From NCBI GenBank assembly GCA_046726415.1, contig JBKPAK010000299.1, positions 1 through 30,479 on the forward strand: a stretch of 30,479 nt of DNA, read 5' to 3'. A program made the translations under genes and the position numbers. Position 1 is the first letter of the stretch. The number at the start of each line of letters is the position of its first letter. Positions 1 to 6,396 of the stretch are shown in pieces. A model generated the notes under the pieces. That model saw only the letters and a program-made list of their open reading frames with translations. It did no database searches and was not told where the DNA came from. The DNA comes from Candidatus Methylomirabilota bacterium. Its GTDB lineage: Bacteria; Methylomirabilota; Methylomirabilia; Rokubacteriales; CSP1-6.

Positions 1-148
1 GGACCCATCAGGCCTCTTCAACTCCAGCCTCGATGGCAACACCAGGCGTGCCATCGACTTCCACGAGGGCGAGAAGATTGACGAGGAGGCATTGAAGGCT
101 CTTATTCGCGCGGCCGTGACGCTGAACGCGTCCCGCGCCCACGGCTGA
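1..148 (+). CDS. DUF1801 (YdhG-like) family protein, C-terminal fragment running off the window start
   Basis: Frame from position 2 reads DPSGLFNSSLDGNTRRAIDFHEGEKIDEEALKALIRAAVTLNASRAHG*, with TGA at 146-148. This resembles the usual DUF1801 C-terminus. Confidence 0.75.
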   Translation, partial: DPSGLFNSSLDGNTRRAIDFHEGEKIDEEALKALIRAAVTLNASRAHG

Positions 149-589
149 TCGAACTGAAGGGGGTAAGACGCATAAGAGCGATTATGGTCAATCGCAGCTC
201 CAGGTAGATCAGCACGTGAGCCGTGATCCCCATTTGTCGAAGCCCTGTGACCGACATTTTCCCTCGAATTTCAATAGGAAGCAACAGCTCTCCCCTCGGC
301 GGCTGGGACCGCTGGATGACTTTCGCGATGCGCCAGTCAGTTATGACGGCGCGGGCGCGCAAGAGTGCCTCAGCGCCGAATTCATTTCATCGATGCCAAA
401 TGCGAGGCTGATCATCCCGCTCCAGAATGTCCCCTCCAAGAGAAGGCGGCTGCGCCAGCACCAATTTGCGCGCTTCATGCGTCCGCAACGGAGCTGCCGC
501 TCGTCATTTTCGGCCTCCGGCTACGCGCAGATCCGGGGACGTGCGAGAGGCGAGCTCTTTTGGTCGGAGCGCCGTGCGAGACTGCGTCT

Positions 590-679
590 GCCTAACAAGC
601 CGTTGAAGCAGACGGGCGCCAGAGCCACGGCCGAAGGCCGTGGCTCTCGCGCCCGCAGCTTAACGGCGGTACGTTGGGG
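590..679 (+). mobile_element. attC: Integron attC recombination site (no integrase in window)
   Basis: R'' GCCTAAC at 590-596 and R' GTTGGGG at 673-679. GCCGTT(G)AAGC pairs with GCTTAACGGC, leaving one extrahelical base. Central stem GGGCGC-C-AGAGCCACGGCC-GAA-GGCCGTGGCTCT-C-GCGCCC. The upstream ORF stops inside R'' (TAA 593-595) and the next ATG is at 686. Confidence 0.85.
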
Positions 680-685
680 CGCAAG

Positions 686-1021
686 ATGAATCGTCGGTTT
701 GCGGTACTACTGGCAGCAATTGGCATCGGGGCGTGCTCAGCGACTCCACCACTTGAAACGCAGGGCACACTCGATAGCAGCGATGCGGGCGTATACGGCC
801 TTATCCATCGTGACGGACACCTGACCGACAAGAGACACAGAATGGTGCAAGGCACGGAACGCTGGAGATTGGAAGAGGAGGGCTTCCTCCCCTACGAGCG
901 CGCGCGGCGCTGCCCGCACGAGCACGCCAAGAAGGCGGCCGCCTGGTCGAGGCTCCTAGAGCCCTGGACGGTGGGCCGGTCGAGCCCGCGCGAGCACAGC
1001 GCGCTCCTCCCGGTCGGGTAA
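686..1021 (+). pseudogene. Cassette-type lipoprotein 5' part, apparently fused to an unrelated C-terminal fragment
   Basis: MNRRFAVLLAAIGIGA-C is a lipoprotein signal starting just after attC. After about 870 the GC content rises, and LPYERARRCPHEHAKKAAAWSRLLEPW resembles DUF4344-type C-termini (recalled, not searched). No closing attC follows. Confidence 0.45.
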
Positions 1022-1053
1022 GCCTCAAACCTCCGCCCGCATTTCGCGCGTCC

Positions 1054-1539
1054 ATGCCCCCGCCCAGGAAGACCGCGAAGAAGCCGGCCAAGAAGCCCGT
1101 CAAGAAGGCCACGAAGAAGGCCGCGCCCAAGAAGTTCGGACGCGCCGGGACCGCGGGGAAGGCGGAAGGGGACGCGCCGGTCTTCTCCTACATCGCGCAG
1201 CTTCCGGGCGAGCAGAAGGCCATCGCTTCGAAGCTCGACGACATCGTGGCCAAGAACGTGCCGGGCGTGAAGCGCGCGATGAAGTGGAACGTCCCGTTCT
1301 ACGGCCTGGAAGGAAAGGGGTGGTTCTGCGCGTTCGCCGCGTTCGCGAACCACACCTCGGTGAACTTCTTCCGCGGCGTGAAGCTCAAGCCCGTCCCGCC
1401 CGACGGCGGCGTAAAGGAAAACCGGCGCGTCGTCTACAAGGCGCTCGCGGACGTCGACGAGGCGCAGCTCACGTCGTGGGTCCGGCAGGCGGCCGCGCTC
1501 CCGGGATGGCTCGCTCCCCCGTCGCGCGGCGGTGGGTGA
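1054..1539 (+). CDS. DUF1801 (YdhG-like) protein with a Lys/Ala/Pro-rich N-terminal tail
   Basis: VFSYIAQLP...LDDIVAKNVPGVKRAMKWNVPFYG...VNFFRGVKL...VDEAQLTSWVRQAAALPG. N-terminus is PPPRKTAKKPAKKPVKKATKKAAPKK. Confidence 0.8.
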   Translation: MPPPRKTAKKPAKKPVKKATKKAAPKKFGRAGTAGKAEGDAPVFSYIAQLPGEQKAIASKLDDIVAKNVPGVKRAMKWNVPFYGLEGKGWFCAFAAFANHTSVNFFRGVKLKPVPPDGGVKENRRVVYKALADVDEAQLTSWVRQAAALPGWLAPPSRGGG

Positions 1540-1570
1540 TGGACGAGCGCGTTTTCCACGGAAGCGAAGC

Positions 1571-1793
1571 ATGGGTAGACTTCGCGTCCTGTCGGGACGC
1601 GAGGTGTGTCGCATCCTTCGGCAGCACGGATTCGTCGAGCAACGCCGCCGCGGCAGCCACGTCGTAATGCAACGCCGCGGCGACACTGGCAGCATCACTG
1701 TTCCGGTTCCAGACTACCGTGAAACTCCCGATCGGCACGCTTCTGTCGATCATCAGGCAGAGCGGGATACCGCGGGAACATTTCGAGGAGTGA
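1571..1793 (+). pseudogene. hicA: HicA-family mRNA interferase toxin, frameshifted by one extra A
   Basis: MGRLRVLSGREVCRILRQHGFVEQRRRGSHVVMQRR...ITVPVPDYRE contains the GSH motif. Skipping one A in GAAA (1721-1724) continues LPIGTLLSIIRQSGIPREHFEE* to TGA 1791-1793, giving a typical 73-aa HicA. Confidence 0.85.
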
Positions 1794-1944
1794 TCGAGAG
1801 AGCGCGTTTCATCGGTCGATCATGCTTGGGGGGGTGGGGGGAGGGTCGTCGTGGTGGGACGCAATGGGACGCGACCGACCGCGTCTTGCAGCATTTCGCA
1901 GGATCGCGTCGCGCAAATTCTCAAGAAATCGGGTGCCGGGCGCA

Positions 1945-1966
1945 TCGAATCCCTTACCCTCCACCA
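1945..1966 (+). other. tRNA/tmRNA-like 3'-end fragment (possible att site)
   Basis: TCGAAT-CCCTT-ACCCTCC-A-CCA has exact tRNA spacing (T-loop, 5-nt T-stem strand, 7-nt acceptor strand, discriminator, CCA). The 5' T-stem partner is missing. Confidence 0.5.
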
Positions 1967-2331
1967 CCTAGCACGTTGGCCACTCAGACGAGACGCTCGG
2001 CGAGTTGTGGCGCCGGGTGGCGTAGAAGGGCCGGTTCTGGTGCAGATGGCCAGTCCCGGCCCTTCGCGTCTTCGGTAGGCGCGACCCTGGGCGCGCGCAT
2101 GGCCAGGGCCGCGCGTCGGCCACGACGAGGGCGAGTTCGCACACCGGGCCTAGCTCCTCGTCGAGGTCGACCGCCTCGACCCGGTCCCTGTGAATCTTCA
2201 TGAGCCCGAGACCAGTCCGAGCTCCCCGTGCCAGAGGGGTCGCGCGCACGGCAATGGCGACTAGCCCGCCTATCGGTGAGCCGAGAGCAAGTCGAAGCTG
2301 CTCGAGTGTCTGCCGCGGTCCGAGCGAAAGG

Positions 2332-2448
2332 TCAGATCTTCTTGGCGGTAGGCCGCGTCGGGCACGCCTTGTGATACCAGATGCTGCCGAGCTTGATATG
2401 GTTTCCGTTTCGACGAATCCTTAGCTTACAGCGCGGACAGGTCCCCAC
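2332..2448 (-). CDS. 38-aa basic micro-protein with a C-x2-C-x18-H-x2-C putative Zn-binding motif
   Basis: GTG at 2448 is preceded by SD AGGAGGTGA (2454-2462). Product is MGTCPRCKLRIRRNGNHIKLGSIWYHKACPTRPTAKKI*. An extended -10 lies upstream at 2507-2515. Confidence 0.7.
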   Translation of the reverse strand: MGTCPRCKLRIRRNGNHIKLGSIWYHKACPTRPTAKKI

Positions 2449-2506
2449 AGCGATCACCTCCTCGTGACTGACCAGATCTGACCGCGATCGGGAAGGATTG
2501 GCTCCT

Positions 2507-2515
2507 AGTATAACA
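2507..2515. promoter_or_regulatory. Overlapping divergent sigma70-type -10 elements
   Basis: The minus strand reads TGtTATACT (extended -10, toward the micro-ORF). The plus strand reads TATAAC at 2509-2514 (toward the HIT gene). Confidence 0.5.
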
Positions 2516-2535
2516 AGGGCAAGCGGAGGTGGTCC

Positions 2536-2871
2536 GTGGCGGAGTGCCTCTTCTGTCGTATCGTGGCGCGAGAGAGCGCCGCGGATATCGTCTACGAGGA
2601 CGACGCAGTCGTCGCCTTCAAGGACATCTATCCGAAGGCTCCGGTGCATCTGCTCATCGTGCCTCGCCGCCACATCGCGTCGATCACCGAACTCGATCCC
2701 GCCCACGCGGAGATCATCGGTCGGTGCTTCCTAGCGGCCCGCCGGTTAGGCGAGGCCACAGGGTTTGCGTCGCGCGGGTACCGGATCACCGTCAACTGTG
2801 GGCCAGAGGGTGGCCAAGTTGTCTACCATGTCCACTTCCACTTCACAGCGGGCCGTCCGCGGGGCGGGTAA
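2536..2871 (+). CDS. hinT: Histidine triad (HIT/HinT) nucleotide-binding protein
   Basis: CLFCRIV, AFKDIYPKAPVHLLIVPRRH and GQVVYHVHFH (triad). SD GGAGG at 2525-2529. Confidence 0.95.
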   Translation: MAECLFCRIVARESAADIVYEDDAVVAFKDIYPKAPVHLLIVPRRHIASITELDPAHAEIIGRCFLAARRLGEATGFASRGYRITVNCGPEGGQVVYHVHFHFTAGRPRGG

Positions 2872-2918
2872 AACAAGCACCGGCCTCGGGGCCGAAACCC
2901 CGAGGCCGGTGTTGATTC
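2871..2918. terminator. Probably bidirectional intrinsic terminator between convergent genes
   Basis: Perfect 14-bp stem CACCGGCCTCGGGG (2878-2891) / CCCCGAGGCCGGTG (2898-2911) with a 6-nt loop, an A-rich left flank and a T-containing right flank. Confidence 0.8.
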
Positions 2919-2931
2919 TGATCGCCGCGTT

Positions 2932-4029
2932 CTACTTCAGCGCGGATATTGCGGCGGAAGCCTTGTCCTTCGCCGCCTTCATATCGCCAGCCTTGCAGGC
3001 CGCCTCGGCGTCCTTGATCAGCCCGGCGATCTTGCTCATGTCCGTACCGGCGCTCTTCGCACCAGCCAGCGACCGCGGGGCCTGGACATCCTGACCACGG
3101 GGTGCCTGCACATCCTGACCACGGGGCGCCTGGACATCCTGACCACGGGGCGCCTGGACATCCTGACCACGCGGCGCCTGGACATCCTGGCCGCGCGGGG
3201 CCTGGACATCCTGACCACGGGGTGCCTGGACATCCTGACCACGGGGTGCCTGGACATCCTGACCACGGGGCGCCTGGACATCCTGACCACGGGGCGCTTG
3301 GACATCCTGACCACGCGGGGCCTGGACATCCTGACCACGCGGCGCCTGCACATCCTGACCTCTCGGGGCCTGCACATCCTGACCTCTCGGGGCCTGGACA
3401 TCCTGACCACGCGGCGCTTGGACGTCCTGGCCACGGGGCGCCTGAATGTCCTGCGTCCGTGCGCCAGCTAGCGACCGCGGCGCCTGGACATCCTGACCAC
3501 GGGGTGCCTGGACATCCTGGCCACGCGGGGCCTGGACATCCTGGCCGCGAGGCGCCTGGACATCCTGGCCACGCGGGGCCTGGACATCCTGGCCGCGAGG
3601 CGCCTGGACATCCTGGCCGCGAGGCGCCTGGACATCCTGGCCACGAGGCGCCTGGACATCCTGACCACGCGGAGCTTGGATGTCCTGGGTTCGCGCGCCA
3701 GCTAAAGACCTGGGGGCCTGCACGTCCTGGCCCCTAGGAGCCTGGACATCCTGACCACGGGGGGCCTGCACGTCCTGACCCCGTGGCGCCTGGACATCCT
3801 GCCCCCGCGGGGCCTGAACGTCCTGACCTCTCGCGGCTTGGACATCCTGTCCCCGCGCCCCAGCCAGCGATCGCGGAGCCTGAACATCCTGCCCGCGCGC
3901 GACGCCGCCCTTCTTGGCCAACAGCTCCTTCGCCTGCGCCACTTCAGGAGGGCAGTTGGCCGCCTCGCCGATCGGAACGAACGCGATCATGACTGCCACA
4001 CTCATTACGGCTGCCAGAAGTCTCTTCAT
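2932..4029 (-). CDS. Secreted 365-aa protein with 32 RGQDVQAP-type octapeptide repeats between two short helical-looking, Cys-containing ends
   Basis: Sec signal MKRLLAAVMSVAVMIAFVPIGEA, SD-like AGAGGGAG upstream, and only two Cys (C26, C345). The repeats vary mostly at synonymous positions in this frame. Confidence 0.9.
   Translation of the reverse strand: MKRLLAAVMSVAVMIAFVPIGEAANCPPEVAQAKELLAKKGGVARGQDVQAPRSLAGARGQDVQAARGQDVQAPRGQDVQAPRGQDVQAPRGQDVQAPRGQDVQAPRSLAGARTQDIQAPRGQDVQAPRGQDVQAPRGQDVQAPRGQDVQAPRGQDVQAPRGQDVQAPRGQDVQAPRGQDVQAPRSLAGARTQDIQAPRGQDVQAPRGQDVQAPRGQDVQAPRGQDVQAPRGQDVQAPRGQDVQAPRGQDVQAPRGQDVQAPRGQDVQAPRGQDVQAPRGQDVQAPRGQDVQAPRGQDVQAPRGQDVQAPRGQDVQAPRSLAGAKSAGTDMSKIAGLIKDAEAACKAGDMKAAKDKASAAISALK
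3058..3897 (-). repeat. Coding tandem repeat: 32 x 24-nt units in blocks of 1, 6, 9 and 16, each block ended by an 18-nt RSLAGA unit
   Basis: RSLAGA units lie at 3856-3873, 3694-3711, 3460-3477 and 3058-3075. The blocks of 24, 144, 216 and 384 nt are exact multiples of 24. Confidence 0.95.
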
Positions 4030-4157
4030 CGCTCCCTCTTTCCAGTGCTGGTGAACTGCACCACGGCCTACTCCTTCAGGCTACTCCTTTGCTCTCTACT
4101 CCCGGGCCAAGCTCTCAGGCCAACTGTGCTGCCCGCGCTTCCGCATCTTGCTAGTTG

Positions 4158-4173
4158 AGCAAGGCCGATGCCA
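4158..4173 (-). promoter_or_regulatory. Sigma54 (RpoN) -24/-12 promoter for the repeat-protein gene
   Basis: The minus strand reads TGGCATCGGCCTTGCT (GG-N10-GC, close to TGGCAC-N5-TTGCW), about 130 nt upstream of the ATG at 4029. Confidence 0.8.
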
Positions 4174-4188
4174 GAGAGGATCTAATCT

Positions 4189-4201
4189 CAACATGCTGAT
4201 T
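4189..4201 (-). promoter_or_regulatory. IHF-binding site upstream of the sigma54 promoter
   Basis: The minus strand reads AATCAGCATGTTG, matching WATCAR-N4-TTR, in an AT-rich patch at the position expected for sigma54 promoters. Confidence 0.6.
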
Positions 4202-4400
4202 TTGTTGGGTAAGAACGGTCGATTCCGTTCGTTGGGAGACGCCATGCCCGAAAGGATCGGCTCATGGAACCGGCATTCTGCCCGTCCTGGCCTCGCCAAC
4301 CAGGTTGCCGGCGATTTCGAGAAGGCTCACCCAGCCTCAGAGAGTTCGTCGGGATCACCGGTTCCTCGGGGACAGCGTCGGCGACGCGCTCGTGAGCGGC

Positions 4401-4460
4401 GATCTTTGCGTTCTCCCAGCTCGCCGGCGCGGTCTTTGCGCTCTCCCAGCTCGCCGACGC
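4401..4460. repeat. 30-bp tandem duplication (27/30 identical)
   Basis: gatctttgcgttctcccagctcgccggcgc is followed by ggtctttgcgctctcccagctcgccgacgc. Confidence 0.85.
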
Positions 4461-4678
4461 CGTCGCAGCCGCGGTGAAGGGGCGCGCACACGGCTGTTTC
4501 CTCATGCCGTGATTTTAACCCTGCTCACCCTCGGTTTCTTCGTCCGACGGGGTTGCAATGCGTTCATCGAGCGATCCCTCGGCGAGGTGACAGGCGTCGC
4601 CTTGTTTCGCCCACATTGGTGGCCTCGCAGCGGGCATAGTCCCCGAATTCTCGTGCGGCCCCCGGCGTGGGGCGCGCC

Positions 4679-4684
4679 TATAAT
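4679..4684 (+). promoter_or_regulatory. -10 element (TATAAT) 7 nt before the tlyA ATG; leaderless geometry
   Basis: TATAAT-tcgaccc-ATG, with no SD. Confidence 0.7.
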
Positions 4685-4691
4685 TCGACCC

Positions 4692-5483
4692 ATGCCACAG
4701 CGCGTGCGCATCGATCGGCTGGTCGTGGATCTGGGGCTCATCCCAAGCCGCGAGCGAGCGGCCCGCCGAATCATGGCCGGAGAGGTGCTGGTGGATGGCC
4801 AGCGCATCGACAAGGTAGGCGCCCTGGTATCCCCGACGGCCTTCATCGAACTGGTCGGCCGCCAGCGCTTCGTGAGCCGGGGTGGCGACAAATTGGCACA
4901 CGCGCTCGAGCACTTTGCCATCGACGTCAAAGGGCAGGTTTGTCTCGACGTCGGCGCGTCCACCGGGGGATTTACCGACTGCCTCCTTCAGCGAGGTGCC
5001 GCCCGGGTTTTCGCGGTTGATGTGGGCACGGCACAGTTGGACACGAAGCTTCGCGCCGACGATCGCGTCATCGTGATGGAAAACACCAATGCCCGCACGC
5101 TCGACCGCCGATTGTTCGACGAACCGCCCACGCTTGCTGTCGTGGATGTTGCGTTCATCTCCCTCCAGAAAGTCCTGCCGGCGGTGTTCGGGGTCCTCGC
5201 CTCCCGCGGACAGGCCGTCGCGTTGATCAAGCCCCAGTTCGAGGTGGGGCGGGGAGCGGTGGGCAAAGGGGGGGTCGTGCGGGAGCCTGGGCAACACCGG
5301 GCGGTCATGGCGCGCCTGGCCCGCTATTCCATCCTGCGCGGCTGGCATGTCCTCGGAGTGACCCCCTCACCGTTGCGCGGCCCTAAGGGCAATCGCGAAT
5401 TCTTCCTGCACCTCTCCACGCACGGACGCACGGCGGGCAACCTCGAGACCCTCATCGACAAGAGCGTCGAAGTCTCGGCATGA
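4692..5483 (+). CDS. tlyA: TlyA family 16S/23S rRNA (cytidine-2'-O)-methyltransferase
   Basis: S4 domain RIDRLVVDLGLIPSRERA, FVSRGGDKL, LDVGASTGGFTDCLLQRGA, LIKPQFE and SPLRGPKGNREF. Start reassigned to ATG 4692. Confidence 0.95.
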   Translation: MPQRVRIDRLVVDLGLIPSRERAARRIMAGEVLVDGQRIDKVGALVSPTAFIELVGRQRFVSRGGDKLAHALEHFAIDVKGQVCLDVGASTGGFTDCLLQRGAARVFAVDVGTAQLDTKLRADDRVIVMENTNARTLDRRLFDEPPTLAVVDVAFISLQKVLPAVFGVLASRGQAVALIKPQFEVGRGAVGKGGVVREPGQHRAVMARLARYSILRGWHVLGVTPSPLRGPKGNREFFLHLSTHGRTAGNLETLIDKSVEVSA

Positions 5484-6334
5484 CCCGCGTCGGCATTGTC
5501 GCGAAGCCCGACGCCATCGAGGCGCCGGCCGCCGTGACTCGCCTTCTGGACTGGCTCTCGTCGCGCGGACTCGGCGCGGTGCTGGACAAGGAGACGAGCG
5601 GCCTTGTCGCCGAGGGCGGGACGGCGGTGCGGCGGGAAGACCTTCCCGGCCAGGTCGACTTCCTCGTCGTCCTAGGCGGCGATGGCACGCTTCTGTCCAT
5701 GGCCCGTGCGGTCGGCAACCTAGGGGTGCCCATCCTCGGCGTGAATCTCGGGGGCCTCGGCTTTCTGACCGCCACGACGCTTGACGAGATGCTGGCCGCC
5801 GTGGAAGCCCTCATGGCGGGCGCCATGACGATCGAGGAGCGCATGATGCTCGCCGCCCGAGTCCGCCGACGCGACGAGTGGCTGCCCGCCCACGTCGCGC
5901 TCAACGACGTCGTCATCCTGAAATCCGCCATGAGCCGCATCATCAACCTTTCGGTCTCTGTCGAGGGGCGCCACGCCACCGCCTATCGCGCCGACGGGCT
6001 CATCATCTCGACGCCGACGGGCTCGACCGCCTACTCGCTGTCGGCCGGGGGACCAATCCTCTTTCCCCTCATGGACGCCATCGTCCTGACCCCGGTATGC
6101 TCGCACACGCTCACGAACCGTCCCATCGCGTTGCCAGGCCACGATCGCATCGAGGTGACCCTGCGCAGTGCCCAGCAGGTGATGTTGACGCTCGACGGCC
6201 AGGTGGGGGTAGAACTCGAAGAAGGCGATAGGGTGGAGATCCAGCAGGCCGCCGCCCGCATCCGCCTCGCGCGGTTTCCCCACAAGGATTTCTTCTCGGT
6301 GCTGCGGACGAAGCTGAAGTGGGGTGAGCGGTAG
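5480..6334 (+). CDS. nadK: NAD kinase
   Basis: LGGDGTLL, GVNLGGLGFL, ALNDVV and DGLIISTPTGSTAYSLSAGGP. ATGA overlap with tlyA. Confidence 0.96.
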   Translation: MTRVGIVAKPDAIEAPAAVTRLLDWLSSRGLGAVLDKETSGLVAEGGTAVRREDLPGQVDFLVVLGGDGTLLSMARAVGNLGVPILGVNLGGLGFLTATTLDEMLAAVEALMAGAMTIEERMMLAARVRRRDEWLPAHVALNDVVILKSAMSRIINLSVSVEGRHATAYRADGLIISTPTGSTAYSLSAGGPILFPLMDAIVLTPVCSHTLTNRPIALPGHDRIEVTLRSAQQVMLTLDGQVGVELEEGDRVEIQQAAARIRLARFPHKDFFSVLRTKLKWGER

Positions 6335-6359
6335 CTGCCTGTCGCTGGGCGGATACGCC

Positions 6360-6389
6360 TTGAGGGCGAGCGCGGAGCGCGCCTAGCAT
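6360..6389 (+). promoter_or_regulatory. Candidate recN promoter, leaderless geometry
   Basis: TTGAGG (6360-6365), 18-nt spacer, TAGCAT (6384-6389), then 7 nt to ATG 6397. Confidence 0.5.
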
Positions 6390-6396
6390 CCCTGCC

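Noticed and set aside
149..595. Cassette gene upstream of attC (ORFs 216-689, 365-595, 102-362)
   Set aside because: ORF 365-595 stops in the R'' box, but none has a recognisable product or RBS. The region is probably an eroded cassette and is left uncalled.
1840..1966. Complete tRNA gene (GGAGGGT at 1840-1846 can pair with ACCCTCC at 1956-1962)
   Set aside because: The span is 127 nt with no recognisable D or anticodon arm and no T-stem pairing. Only the 3' fragment is supported.
1532..2203. 223-aa ORF as an extended HicA fusion
   Set aside because: The extension is out-of-frame read-through after the single-base insertion. The proper HicA C-terminus lies in the +1 frame.
1968..2249. Minus-strand ORF containing MKIHRDRVEAVDLDEELGPVCEL
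   Set aside because: It looks partly protein-like but has no recognisable family or RBS.
3036..3887. Alternative-frame repeat ORFs (HPDHGAPG-type on plus, MSRRPVVR-type on minus)
   Set aside because: They are shadows of the real repeat gene. They absorb its third-position changes as amino-acid changes and lack a signal peptide or RBS.
3058..3897. 24-nt repeat array as a CRISPR array
   Set aside because: Units are contiguous with no unique spacers, vary at synonymous positions of one open frame, and no cas genes are present.
4305..4691. N-terminal extension of TlyA; similar extensions of FtsY (15389), the phosphoesterase (19905) and LysS (23656)
   Set aside because: These are longest-ORF artefacts in GC-rich DNA. 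Family similarity begins at the downstream starts, several of which overlap the previous stop.
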